Shown one piece after another: positions 26,243 through 35,729 of a DNA stretch of 64,000 nucleotides. The stretch is from a virus, in IMG/VR virus record IMGVR_UViG_3300025769_000090, positions 11,240 to 75,239 of that record. One strand, written 5' to 3'. Below the pieces are notes generated by a model. That model was not told the DNA's origin, did no database searches, and saw only the letters and a program-made list of their open reading frames with translations. How positions within the stretch are numbered: the first letter of the stretch is position 1; each line of letters opens with the position of its first letter. The translations under genes and the position numbers were made by a program.

Positions 26243-27643
26243 ATGGAAAAAGTATTAATAATCGGAGCCGGTGTAGCGGGCGTAAATGCTGCAACAAAAT
26301 TAGTAGATAATGGTTATATTGGTGAAAAAATTACCATTATTGATATGGGTAATGACCCATATAAGCGTAAACCAGAAGAAGTCATGACAGGCTTTATGGG
26401 TGCTGGTGGATGGTCAGATGGTAAACTTACTTACCATACATCTATTGGTGGCCACATGTCAAAGTATTGTGGTGATGAGCGTGCAATGGAGTTAATGGAT
26501 GAAGTAATTTCTAATTTTAGAAGATTCCACCCCAAACCTGAAGTTATTCAGTGTTCACATCCTGTAGAAGAGCCAGAGTTTATTAAACCTTATTTTGGTT
26601 TGCGACTATTCCCTGTATGGCACATTGGAACAGATTACCTACACGAGATTGGTAAAAATTGGTATGAATACCTTCGTTCTAAAGGCGTTAAGTTTATTTG
26701 GAATAATAAAGTTAATAAAATCGAATTTGACAAAAACAGAGCTTACTACAATAATGTAGACAATCCACGCCCTGCAAGTAGTATTGAAATGTATGATCGT
26801 TTGATTTTTGCTGTTGGTAAGTCTGGTATTGATTTTGGTAAGCATCTTATTGAATCAAATGACCAACCTACTGAAGCTAAGCCTGTACAAATTGGTGTGC
26901 GTTTTGAAGCTCCCCAAAAACATTTCCAAAAATTGATTGATATTAGCTATGACTTTAAGCTATATCGTAAATTTGAAGACAAAGGTGTTTCCCTCAGATC
27001 ATTCTGTACAAACAACAATGCAGCGTTTGTCGCTGTTGAAGAAACATATGGTGATCACAGTTATAATGGCCATGCTAAAAAAGATGAAGCATATCGTAAC
27101 GATATGACTAACTTTGGTATCCTAATGGAAATTAGAGGTATTGATAAGCCATTTGATTGGTCACGTGAAGCAGTTAAAAAACTTCAAATCAATGGTACTG
27201 GTACTTATTATTCACCTAGTAAGCGAGTACCATCTAAAACAAGTGAAGGCGATTATGTCAAGACAGAAGTTGTAGATAGTATGGATATCTTATACGATGC
27301 TATTGGTGATAATGCAACTTATATTGTTGATTTTATTGAAGATATGCAAAAAGTATTCCCAACATTAGGTAACGATTGGGGTATTTATATGCCAGAAGTT
27401 AAATACCTTGCACCAGAACCACTTGTAAATTATGATGATTTATCCCTTCAAGAAATACCAAATGTTCACTTTGTAGGTGATGCTCTTTCAGCTAGAGGCA
27501 TTACAGTAAGTGGTGCTCAAGGAACTTATGTTGCTGATACTATTTTAGAAGAACAAACTAAATTTGATCACTTAGCAGATGCTACTTATATTGGTGGACT
27601 AACAATGCCCTCAGAAAAAAACGAATATTGGAAATCATTATGA
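26243..27643 (+). CDS. FAD/NAD(P)-dependent oxidoreductase, uncharacterised dehydrogenase family
   Basis: IIGAGVAG Rossmann motif, GAGGWSDGKL, IGVRFE, RSFC, VHFVGD...RGI. Confidence 0.85.
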   Translation: MEKVLIIGAGVAGVNAATKLVDNGYIGEKITIIDMGNDPYKRKPEEVMTGFMGAGGWSDGKLTYHTSIGGHMSKYCGDERAMELMDEVISNFRRFHPKPEVIQCSHPVEEPEFIKPYFGLRLFPVWHIGTDYLHEIGKNWYEYLRSKGVKFIWNNKVNKIEFDKNRAYYNNVDNPRPASSIEMYDRLIFAVGKSGIDFGKHLIESNDQPTEAKPVQIGVRFEAPQKHFQKLIDISYDFKLYRKFEDKGVSLRSFCTNNNAAFVAVEETYGDHSYNGHAKKDEAYRNDMTNFGILMEIRGIDKPFDWSREAVKKLQINGTGTYYSPSKRVPSKTSEGDYVKTEVVDSMDILYDAIGDNATYIVDFIEDMQKVFPTLGNDWGIYMPEVKYLAPEPLVNYDDLSLQEIPNVHFVGDALSARGITVSGAQGTYVADTILEEQTKFDHLADATYIGGLTMPSEKNEYWKSL

Positions 27644-27936
27644 ATCAAGAAGAAATTAACGATCACATCCGAAGACAAAATGAAATTATGGGAAAAGAAG
27701 ATTTTCCTAAGTCAAGAAAAATGAAATCACCTGATGGTACTATAGCATACATTTGGGATAGTAAACTCCATAACTGGGAAGGACCAGCTCTTATACCAGA
27801 GGGTGATAAACGCAAAAGAGAGTATTATATTTATGGCATCCAGTATTCAGAAGAAGAATGGAAAGAAAGAAAACGTGACGGTAAGGGTTTGCCATGGTAT
27901 AAAGACCCAAGATTTAAATCAAGAACAGCAGGATAA
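27640..27936 (+). CDS. Small protein with LH..GPA (MORN-variant) repeat
   Basis: KLHNWEGPALI...EYYIYG; ATGA overlap with the upstream stop. Confidence 0.7.
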   Translation: MNQEEINDHIRRQNEIMGKEDFPKSRKMKSPDGTIAYIWDSKLHNWEGPALIPEGDKRKREYYIYGIQYSEEEWKERKRDGKGLPWYKDPRFKSRTAG

Positions 27937-28457
27937 TGAAAATTGGACTTACAGGAACTATGAGTGTTGGTAAAACAACATTAGTTAAAGCTCTATCTGA
28001 GATAGAACAATTTAAAGGATATACTTGTACTACTGAACGTAGTCAATATCTTAATTCACTAGGTATTCCCTTAAATCATGCTACAACTATTGAAGGCCAA
28101 ACTATATTTTTAGCAGAGCGTGTAACAGAATTAATGCAAGACTGTTTAATTACTGATCGTACTGTTATTGATGTTATGGCATTTACTAATTGTGCTAAAA
28201 AAGTAAGCTATATTGACGGTGATGCTTTTGCTGATTATGCTTCGCGGTTTGTTAGACAATATGATTATATATTTTATATCTCTCCTGAGGGAATGGATGT
28301 CGAAGATAATGGGGTTCGAGAAACAGATACTACGTATAGAGCAGAAATTGACAATGAAATTAAAAAACTTTTAAACAAATATCGTCCGATTTATTTTGAA
28401 CTCAAAGGAACTACCAATGAGCGAATCAATCAGATGATGAATATAATACAATTTTAA
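27936..28457 (+). CDS. P-loop nucleotide kinase (NadR/AAA_28-like)
   Basis: IGLTGTMSVGKTT Walker A, ITDRTVID, YDYIFY, EDNGVR. Confidence 0.8.
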   Translation: MKIGLTGTMSVGKTTLVKALSEIEQFKGYTCTTERSQYLNSLGIPLNHATTIEGQTIFLAERVTELMQDCLITDRTVIDVMAFTNCAKKVSYIDGDAFADYASRFVRQYDYIFYISPEGMDVEDNGVRETDTTYRAEIDNEIKKLLNKYRPIYFELKGTTNERINQMMNIIQF

Positions 28458-28458
28458 T

Positions 28459-28764
28459 ATGAAATTATGGAAATGGATAGTGGGACTATTTGCAGCTATT
28501 GGTGGTGCTGCTGCGATAGCTTCCACTCAAAAGAAAAAAGCCCACGAAAAAAATGTTAAAGAAAACCAAAAACAGGTCAAGCAGGTACAAGCTAAAACTA
28601 AACAAGTTCAGCAACAAAAAGCTGAGACTAAAAAGGCAATTACTACTCAAAAGAAAAAAGTAACTACTGCTAAAAAGCAAGTTAAAAATACAAGTAGTGC
28701 TAAAAAGACTGCAAAAAGTTTTGAACAAAAATACCGCAAGCCAGGTAGACCAAAAAAGAAATAA
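28459..28764 (+). CDS. Membrane-anchored basic coiled-coil protein, spanin-like
   Basis: N-terminal hydrophobic helix then Lys/Gln coiled coil. Confidence 0.55.
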   Translation: MKLWKWIVGLFAAIGGAAAIASTQKKKAHEKNVKENQKQVKQVQAKTKQVQQQKAETKKAITTQKKKVTTAKKQVKNTSSAKKTAKSFEQKYRKPGRPKKK

Positions 28765-29144
28765 TGAAAAATATATTAGTAACTTTACTCTTAGGGTTAT
28801 CTAACATATGTTATTCACAAGATACTCTTCGAATTCCCGCTACGGAACTTGAAGAGTTCTTCTTGGCTCTAGATACCCTTGAAATCCAAGACTCAGCTAA
28901 AGCAATATTAATTACTGAACTTGAGCGAACTATTAAACTATATGAACTCCTCGCTGAACAAGACAGTTTAATTATAAAATTTAAAGATCAAGAAATATCT
29001 TTACTAAACGACCAGATTCAACTTCATTTAGATTACATAAATGAAACTGATAAGTGGTATAATAAACCCTCAGTAGGAGTTACAGCTGGTGTGTTAGGTA
29101 CTATATTTTTAATACAAGCTTTAGATTATACGCTGCCTGACTGA
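28764..29144 (+). CDS. Exported coiled-coil protein with C-terminal membrane helix, spanin-like
   Basis: Signal peptide ending CYS-Q, coiled coil, KWY..P followed by a hydrophobic helix. Confidence 0.55.
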   Translation: MKNILVTLLLGLSNICYSQDTLRIPATELEEFFLALDTLEIQDSAKAILITELERTIKLYELLAEQDSLIIKFKDQEISLLNDQIQLHLDYINETDKWYNKPSVGVTAGVLGTIFLIQALDYTLPD

Positions 29145-29152
29145 TTTTTGTA

Positions 29153-29159
29153 TATTTAT
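29153..29159 (+). promoter_or_regulatory. Putative late promoter TATTTAT
   Basis: Intergenic, upstream of ATG 29187. Confidence 0.55.
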
Positions 29160-29186
29160 TATTGTTAACAACAATACTTTTGCAAA

Positions 29187-30311
29187 ATGAATAAAGCTGA
29201 TATCAAGCAAATTATATTTGAAGAAATTGAAGCCGCTATTAAGGAGCTAAACGAAAACATGTCTCCTGAAGATTTAGCAGCAGATTCTCGTCCTGAAGAA
29301 GACGACATTACACCTCCAGGTATCGAAGATATGTCACCAGATCCTATATTTGGTGCTGATCCTTCATATGTTGAAGAGGAAGAATTATCTGAGATGCCCC
29401 GCACCTCAAATAAATTCAAACTCAGCCAGGATGCTGATATGAAGCAAGTCCTCCAATTTATGCAACGCGTAAATAACAGACTTAAAACATTCAAATCACC
29501 AGGACAAAAGCGCCCTAAAAAGCGTTTTACACCTGAAGAAATGAAATCGTTAGCAACAGCAATGCTCAACCCAGAAGGATTTACTTCTAAAGACGTAATT
29601 GCTGTTACCTCATATAACAGCCCCGCTCAAGCAAATAAATTTTTAAAAGCGCTTGAAATGAAGGGCTTAATTACATTAACCTCACAACTTAAAAAAGCAC
29701 AAGAACCAGCTCGCGATCCTGATGCCCCTGAAACCAGAGGTAGAAAACGCAGAGATGCTGAATTTGATATGTCAGATGATCCTACAATGATGGACTTCGG
29801 GGATTTTGATGATTTAGATTTAAGTGACCCACTAGCAGAAACTAAAGCAACCATGACAAACTTAGAAAAGTACATTAAACAGCAAATCAAAGAAGCTAAA
29901 AATCCATTAGCTAAAAAGATGAAAGAAATTGAAAATCAAGGACGCGTTGCAGCGCTTGAAACTAAATTAGCTGCTATTGCCGAAATGATTGAAGAAACAG
30001 AAGGTCGTTTAACTCGTATTGACGAAGATAACGAGTTTAGAGACATGATGGATAAAAACGCTGTTAAAGAAGTTCGTAAGCAACTTAAAGAACTTGAAAA
30101 AGCTAAAGGTAAGCTTGAAAAAGAAAGAGCTAAATTAGAAGGTAAAGTCGAAAAAAAAGAAGTAGTTGATGAAGACTTGCCCGTAGCTGAAGACGCAGTA
30201 GAAGAAGATGCTATAGACGCAGCTATTGATGAAGTTGAATTAGAAGAAGATAACTTTGCACTTAATGAATCAGTTAAGCGTATGCAAAAATTAGCTAACC
30301 TAAAAGGCTAA
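29187..30311 (+). CDS. Putative prohead core/internal protein
   Basis: Acidic linkers with LNE, LSE, LAE and IKE sites; C-terminal RMQKLANL matches scaffold RFQKLANI. Confidence 0.7.
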   Translation: MNKADIKQIIFEEIEAAIKELNENMSPEDLAADSRPEEDDITPPGIEDMSPDPIFGADPSYVEEEELSEMPRTSNKFKLSQDADMKQVLQFMQRVNNRLKTFKSPGQKRPKKRFTPEEMKSLATAMLNPEGFTSKDVIAVTSYNSPAQANKFLKALEMKGLITLTSQLKKAQEPARDPDAPETRGRKRRDAEFDMSDDPTMMDFGDFDDLDLSDPLAETKATMTNLEKYIKQQIKEAKNPLAKKMKEIENQGRVAALETKLAAIAEMIEETEGRLTRIDEDNEFRDMMDKNAVKEVRKQLKELEKAKGKLEKERAKLEGKVEKKEVVDEDLPVAEDAVEEDAIDAAIDEVELEEDNFALNESVKRMQKLANLKG

Positions 30312-30331
30312 CTTAACTAAATATAAAATTT

Positions 30332-30358
30332 AAGGGGACTTCGGTCCCCTTTCTTTTT
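30332..30358 (+). terminator. Intrinsic terminator
   Basis: AGGGGAC-TTCG-GTCCCCT followed by TTCTTTTT. Confidence 0.9.
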
Positions 30359-30373
30359 AGCTACGTATATACG

Positions 30374-31021
30374 ATGGCAGACATTAAAGCAATTATAAAA
30401 CAAGGGATATATAAAATAATTTCTCCTAGTGGAAGAATATATATAGGTCAAACTATAGATATAGCAAGGAGATTTAAAGAATATAAAAATTTAAGGTGTA
30501 AAAGCCAGCCTAAACTTTACAATTCATTAAAAAAATATGGGCCTGATAAGCATATTTTTGAAATATTAGAAGAGTGTCCTACAAACTTTCTTTTAGAAAG
30601 AGAAATTTTTTACAAAAAATTATTTAATAGTGTAGAAAAGGGATTAAATTGTGAACTATATGATATAGGTAGTGGTGGTCCTAGGTCTAAAGAAACTATA
30701 GCTAAAATTTCTAAAAGTCAAAAAGGAATTCCAAAGAAAGGTGGATGGCATCATAGTAATGAATCCAAAAAACTTAAAAGCGAATTAGCTAAGGGTAAAC
30801 CTAAACCTAAAGGATTTGGAAAAAAAGTAGCCCAAGCTAAAGCTAATAACCCTAATTTAGGGGATAGTTACAAAAAAAGAATCATAGACCTTAATACTGG
30901 AAAAATCTATAATAGTTGCACAGAAGCAGCACAAGATAATAACATAAGTCCCTCTATTATTAGTAATAGTTTAAATGGACTTTATAAAAAATCTAAATGG
31001 AATTTTAAACACTATGGCTGA
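30374..31021 (+). mobile_element. Free-standing GIY-YIG homing endonuclease gene
   Basis: GIYKIISPSGRIYIGQT, NUMOD3-like repeats (SKETIAKISKSQKG; HSNESKKLKSELAKGK), C-terminal NUMOD1-like IYNSCTEAA; first 10 codons mimic the terL start. Confidence 0.85.
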
Positions 31022-32606
31022 TATTAAAGACATAATCAAAAAAGAGTTTATTAAAAGTGCTCAGTCTCCTACATATTTCATGAAAAAATATTGTTGGATC
31101 CAGCACCCAACAAGAGGTAGAACACAGTTTAACCTATACCCATTCCAAGAAAAAGTATTAGGACTACTAAATAAACACGATAAGTCAGTAATCCTAAAAT
31201 CAAGACAGCTTGGTATTTCGACACTCTCAGCAGGTATAGCTTTACACATGATGTTGTTTCAAAAGGATAAAAACATCCTTGTAATAGCAACAAAACAAGA
31301 AACTGCTAAAAACCTAGTAACAAAAGTACGATTTATGTACGATCAGTTACCTAGTTGGTTAAAATTACCAACGGTAGAAAATAACCGACTATCACTGCGA
31401 CTTAAAAATGGATCCCAAATTAAAGCAGTATCCGCAGCAGGCGATGCTGGTAGATCAGAAGCCATTTCACTTCTAGTAATTGATGAGGCAGCGTTTATTG
31501 AAGAAAATAGAATTGAAGAGATTTGGGGCTCAGCACAACAAACACTTGCAACTGGTGGTAGAGCAATTGTATTATCTACACCAAATGGTACTGGTAACTG
31601 GTTCCATAGAATGTGGGCTAAAGCACAAGATGGTACTAGTGGATTCACACCTATTAGATTACCATGGACTGTACACCCGGAACGAAGTCAAGAATGGCGA
31701 GACAAACAGGATGATGAGTTAGGGGACAGAATGGCAGCACAAGAGTGTGACTGTGACTTTACAACCTCAGGTGATACTGTATTCCCACCTGAAGTACTAA
31801 ACCATATTGAAGCTACAATGATTAAAGACCCATTAGAAAAAAGAGGTATGAATAGTAGTTTATGGGTTTGGGAATACCCAGATTATACAAGACAATATAT
31901 GGTTGTAGCTGACGTAGCAAGGGGTGATTCTAAAGACTATTCAGCGTTCCATATTATAGATATTGAAAACTGTACACAAGTAGCTGAATTCAAAGACCAA
32001 GTCCCAACAAAAGATTTTGGCCGAATATTATTTAATATAGCAACAGAATACAATAAGGCACTACTTGTAATTGAAAACGCAAATATTGGTTGGGCTGCTA
32101 TACAAGAGGTAATCGATATGGGTTATGAAAACCTATATTACAGTCCTAAAGATGAAAAATTTACTCGCGATGCTGAAGCATACATTGCTAAAGGATATGA
32201 CTTAGTTGATAAATCTAAAATGGTACCCGGATTTACAATGTCTTTACGTACTAGACCATTAACTATTGCAAAACTAGATGCGTATGTTAAAGAACAAAGT
32301 ATACAAATCCAATCAAGACGTACGTTAGATGAATTAAGAACTTTTGTTTGGAAAAATGGGCGACCAGAAGCCCAAACTGGGTACAATGATGACCTAATTA
32401 TGTCCATAGCTACCGCATGTTACGTGCGAGATACTGCATTAAAATTTGCTCAGCATGGAGTTGACTTAACTAGGGCTATGCTTGAAAATACAACGAAAGC
32501 AAATTATAATCCCTTCTTTAGTACTTCACAAATAAATGATCCTAAACAAGCCTATAAAATGAAATTAAATGGAAAAGATGAGGATTTGTCTTGGCTTCTA
32601 GGTTGA
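31014..32606 (+). CDS. terL: Terminase large subunit (T4 gp17-like)
   Basis: LYPFQ, KSRQLGIST, LLVIDEAAF, LSTPNG, ADVARG, NDDLIMS; start at ATG 31014 (MADIKDII). Confidence 0.95.
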   Translation: MADIKDIIKKEFIKSAQSPTYFMKKYCWIQHPTRGRTQFNLYPFQEKVLGLLNKHDKSVILKSRQLGISTLSAGIALHMMLFQKDKNILVIATKQETAKNLVTKVRFMYDQLPSWLKLPTVENNRLSLRLKNGSQIKAVSAAGDAGRSEAISLLVIDEAAFIEENRIEEIWGSAQQTLATGGRAIVLSTPNGTGNWFHRMWAKAQDGTSGFTPIRLPWTVHPERSQEWRDKQDDELGDRMAAQECDCDFTTSGDTVFPPEVLNHIEATMIKDPLEKRGMNSSLWVWEYPDYTRQYMVVADVARGDSKDYSAFHIIDIENCTQVAEFKDQVPTKDFGRILFNIATEYNKALLVIENANIGWAAIQEVIDMGYENLYYSPKDEKFTRDAEAYIAKGYDLVDKSKMVPGFTMSLRTRPLTIAKLDAYVKEQSIQIQSRRTLDELRTFVWKNGRPEAQTGYNDDLIMSIATACYVRDTALKFAQHGVDLTRAMLENTTKANYNPFFSTSQINDPKQAYKMKLNGKDEDLSWLLG

Positions 32607-32607
32607 A

Positions 32608-32614
32608 TATTTAT
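32608..32614 (+). promoter_or_regulatory. Putative late promoter TATTTAT
   Basis: Intergenic, upstream of the portal gene. Confidence 0.6.
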
Positions 32615-32636
32615 ACACACACAATAAACAATAAAT

Positions 32637-34484
32637 ATGGCGGATACTAGCTTATTTACACGATTAAGGCGATTATTTTCTAATGACGTTATTATAAGAA
32701 ACGTAGGAGGAAAACAATTAAAAGTGATGGATGTTGACCGTATTCAAAAATACGGTAACTTAGAATCTAATTCACTATATGATAGATTTACAAGATTACA
32801 TAGACCAGTAGGTTCTTCTCTACAGTATAACCCAACACTTAACTATTCATCTATGCGCCTCCAGCTTTATAGCGATTATGAGGCTATGGATTATGATTCA
32901 CTTATTGCACCCGCACTAGATATTATCTCAGAGGAATCAACTCTTAAAAATGAATATGGGGATGTATTAACTATCAAATCATCAAATGAAAATGTTAAAC
33001 GAGTCCTTCATAACTTATTTTATGATGTATTAAACATTGAGTTTAATTTACCTTCATGGGTTCGCCAAATGTGCAAATATGGAGATTTTTATCTCCATTT
33101 ACAAATTTCTGAAAAATTTGGCATTTATAATGCACTACCACTTTCTGTATATCAAGTAGTTAGAGAAGAAGGTATGGATCCAGAAAACCCTAGCTATGTG
33201 CAGTTTATATTAGATCCTAATGGATTATCACAATCTAATACTTATAGTGCTAGAAGGAGTGACCAAATGAAGCTAGAAAATTATGAAGTTGCTCACTTTA
33301 GACTACTTTCAGATGCTGCATATCTCCCATATGGTCGTTCTTATTTAGAACCTGCCCGTAAAGTGTTTAAACAACTTATTCTAATGGAAGATGCGATGCT
33401 TATTCATAGAATTATGCGTGCACCTGAAAAAAGAATTTTTTATATGAATGTAGGAGGTATTCCACCTAATGAAATAGATAGTTTTATGGAAAAAACCGTC
33501 CGCAGTATGAAAAAAACCCCATATGTGGATCAAGAAACTGGTGATTATAACTTAAAGTTCAATGTTCAAAACATGACTGAAGATTTTTATATCCCAGTTA
33601 GGGGTAATGATTCATCAACTAAGATTGAAACAACAAAAGGTCTTGATTATGATGGCACGACTGACATTGAATATCTAAAAAACCGGATGTTAGCCGCCCT
33701 TAAAATCCCTAAAGCATTCCTAGGATACGATGAAAATTTAGAAGGTAAATCAACATTAGCTGCTATGGATATTCGTTTTGCGCGTACAATTGAACGCTTG
33801 CAAAGAACTATTGTATCTGAACTTCATAAAATTGCACTTGTACATTTATATACTCAAGGATTTACTGAATCAGATTTAGTAGACTTTGAATTAGAATTAA
33901 CAGGTCCCTCAATTGTATTTGAACAAGAAAAAACTGAACTATATAAGTCTAAGGTAGAATTAGCTAACTCAATTTCGGATAAAAAGATATTATCTAGTGA
34001 TTTTGTTTATAAAAATATATTTAATCTCTCAGAACAAGAGATTGATTACGAAAGAAATAAATCTTTAGATGATGCAGCTCATATTTTTAGATTAAACCAA
34101 ATAGAAAATGAAGGTAATGATCCTATTGAATCTGGTGAATCATATGGTACACCCCACGATTTAGCAGGCATGTATGCTACTAAAAGAGATAAGGGCATTA
34201 AAGATATTCCCGATGGGTATGATGAAAATGAACCAGGTCGCCCTAAACAAAAACTTAGCCGTTATGGCACTGATCAGGCTAATATGGGTAGAGATCCTTT
34301 AGGGAAAGCAGGCCTAACAGCTGATGATACCCCAAATAGAGCTAATGACGTTTCTACATTTGCCCTAGAAGAAAATAATAGAATACTTAAAAAACTCTCT
34401 TTAAATAGATTAGGTGGTAAACAAGTTTTAACAGAAGATAATAAAACATCTTTATTAGACGAAGAAAACATAATAAAAGAGTAA
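32637..34484 (+). CDS. Portal protein (T4 gp20-like)
   Basis: LMEDAMLIHRIMRAPEKRIFY, EDFYIPVRG, DIEYL...ALKIP, DIRFARTI. Confidence 0.95.
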   Translation: MADTSLFTRLRRLFSNDVIIRNVGGKQLKVMDVDRIQKYGNLESNSLYDRFTRLHRPVGSSLQYNPTLNYSSMRLQLYSDYEAMDYDSLIAPALDIISEESTLKNEYGDVLTIKSSNENVKRVLHNLFYDVLNIEFNLPSWVRQMCKYGDFYLHLQISEKFGIYNALPLSVYQVVREEGMDPENPSYVQFILDPNGLSQSNTYSARRSDQMKLENYEVAHFRLLSDAAYLPYGRSYLEPARKVFKQLILMEDAMLIHRIMRAPEKRIFYMNVGGIPPNEIDSFMEKTVRSMKKTPYVDQETGDYNLKFNVQNMTEDFYIPVRGNDSSTKIETTKGLDYDGTTDIEYLKNRMLAALKIPKAFLGYDENLEGKSTLAAMDIRFARTIERLQRTIVSELHKIALVHLYTQGFTESDLVDFELELTGPSIVFEQEKTELYKSKVELANSISDKKILSSDFVYKNIFNLSEQEIDYERNKSLDDAAHIFRLNQIENEGNDPIESGESYGTPHDLAGMYATKRDKGIKDIPDGYDENEPGRPKQKLSRYGTDQANMGRDPLGKAGLTADDTPNRANDVSTFALEENNRILKKLSLNRLGGKQVLTEDNKTSLLDEENIIKE

Positions 34485-34502
34485 GCCTTAAGAACTCCTA
34501 CA

Positions 34503-34509
34503 TATTTAT
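34503..34509 (+). promoter_or_regulatory. Putative late promoter TATTTAT
   Basis: Intergenic, upstream of ATG 34532. Confidence 0.55.
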
Positions 34510-34531
34510 ATAGGAATAAATCCATTCATGC

Positions 34532-35371
34532 ATGAAACCTAAGCACTCCAAGTACAAAAATACTGGAATTCTTTTTGAATTGTTGACTAGACAAATTACG
34601 TCTGAGACTATTTCAAATACTCCACCAAAGGCTGTAGGTATTTTAAGAAAATTTTTTGGTAAAAATACTGCTCTTTTAAAAGAGTACCAGATATACCATG
34701 CTTTACTTAATAAAAAATTTAATAAAGAAGCTAGTGCTAATGTTCTTATTGAAACCTTAACCGGTGCACATTCTAAATTAAATAAGTCTGTATTAAGAAG
34801 AGAAAGATATAATCTTGTTAAAGAAATAAAAGATACTTATAACATAGAAGATTTTTTTAAAGCTAAAATTCCTAACTATAAAATATACGCTAGTGTATTT
34901 AATTTATTAGAAAATAAAAGCGCTAATCCTATGTCTATAGTAAATTCTAAAGTTATTATTTTAGAACATATTACCCAACAAAATCTTCCTAATAAACCCA
35001 AAAAAGATATGGTTATGGAGGAGTATGAAAAATTTGATAAAGAAACTAGAGCACTAACATATAAAATGTTAATGGAAAAGTTTAATGAAAAATATTCTGA
35101 GCTAGCTAGTAACCAAAAAAGACTTTTAGAGGCTTATGTTTATAATATTTCAAATAGCCCTAAGTTAAAAGCTTTTATTAACGAAGAAATTGTAGCTGTA
35201 AAAGCTGAACTTGAAACATTAACTAAAAATGTTGATCAAGTTACTCAAATTAAACTAAACGAAGTTAAGAATTTAATCAAACCATTATGTAAAAAATCTT
35301 CTGTTCATGATGATAATGTCATTAACCTTATGAATTATTACGAATTGGTTAATGAATTAAAATCTATCTAA
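34532..35371 (+). CDS. Head-assembly region helical protein, hypothetical
   Basis: KHSKYKNTGILFELL N-terminus; between portal and protease. Confidence 0.75.
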   Translation: MKPKHSKYKNTGILFELLTRQITSETISNTPPKAVGILRKFFGKNTALLKEYQIYHALLNKKFNKEASANVLIETLTGAHSKLNKSVLRRERYNLVKEIKDTYNIEDFFKAKIPNYKIYASVFNLLENKSANPMSIVNSKVIILEHITQQNLPNKPKKDMVMEEYEKFDKETRALTYKMLMEKFNEKYSELASNQKRLLEAYVYNISNSPKLKAFINEEIVAVKAELETLTKNVDQVTQIKLNEVKNLIKPLCKKSSVHDDNVINLMNYYELVNELKSI

Positions 35372-35373
35372 TC

Positions 35374-35583
35374 ATGAATGCAGACCAACTCAGATCTTTA
35401 ATCCGCGAATTGATTAAAACAGAGTTAGAAGAAGCCAATGTAGTTGGTACTGGTACTTCTATTACAGTTGGCTCCAGTGAAGCTTATGCTACTCCTATGG
35501 CTTTTAGAAAAAAAGGAAAAAAAGCAAAAAATAGAGGCCTTGAACAAGCTAAACGCCTCGGATATATACCCGTAAAAAAATAA
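35374..35583 (+). CDS. Small putative internal head protein
   Basis: LRSLIRELIKTELEE followed by YATPMAF and a basic tail. Confidence 0.7.
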   Translation: MNADQLRSLIRELIKTELEEANVVGTGTSITVGSSEAYATPMAFRKKGKKAKNRGLEQAKRLGYIPVKK

Positions 35584-35588
35584 AAGTT

Positions 35589-35729
35589 ATGCCAAGAAAA
35601 ATTAACGCATTTGAATTTATTAATGATGGACATAAAGTGTCCCGTCCTGGTGTACATGCTAAAACTAAGCATAGTAACCATAAAAATTCAAAAAATTATA
35701 AAAAAACCTATAGAGGACAAGGACGATGA
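35589..35729 (+). CDS. 46-aa basic protein ending YRGQGR (absent from the ORF track)
   Basis: MPRKINAFEFINDGHKVSRPGVHAKTKHSNHKNSKNYKKTYRGQGR*; fills the gap exactly, and its TGA overlaps the protease ATG. Confidence 0.8.
   Translation: MPRKINAFEFINDGHKVSRPGVHAKTKHSNHKNSKNYKKTYRGQGR

Noticed and set aside
30374-32606. Group I intron or intein in terL
   Set aside because: The endonuclease ORF fills the whole insert with no ribozyme-sized non-coding sequence; terL is complete from 31014 and shows no intein motifs.
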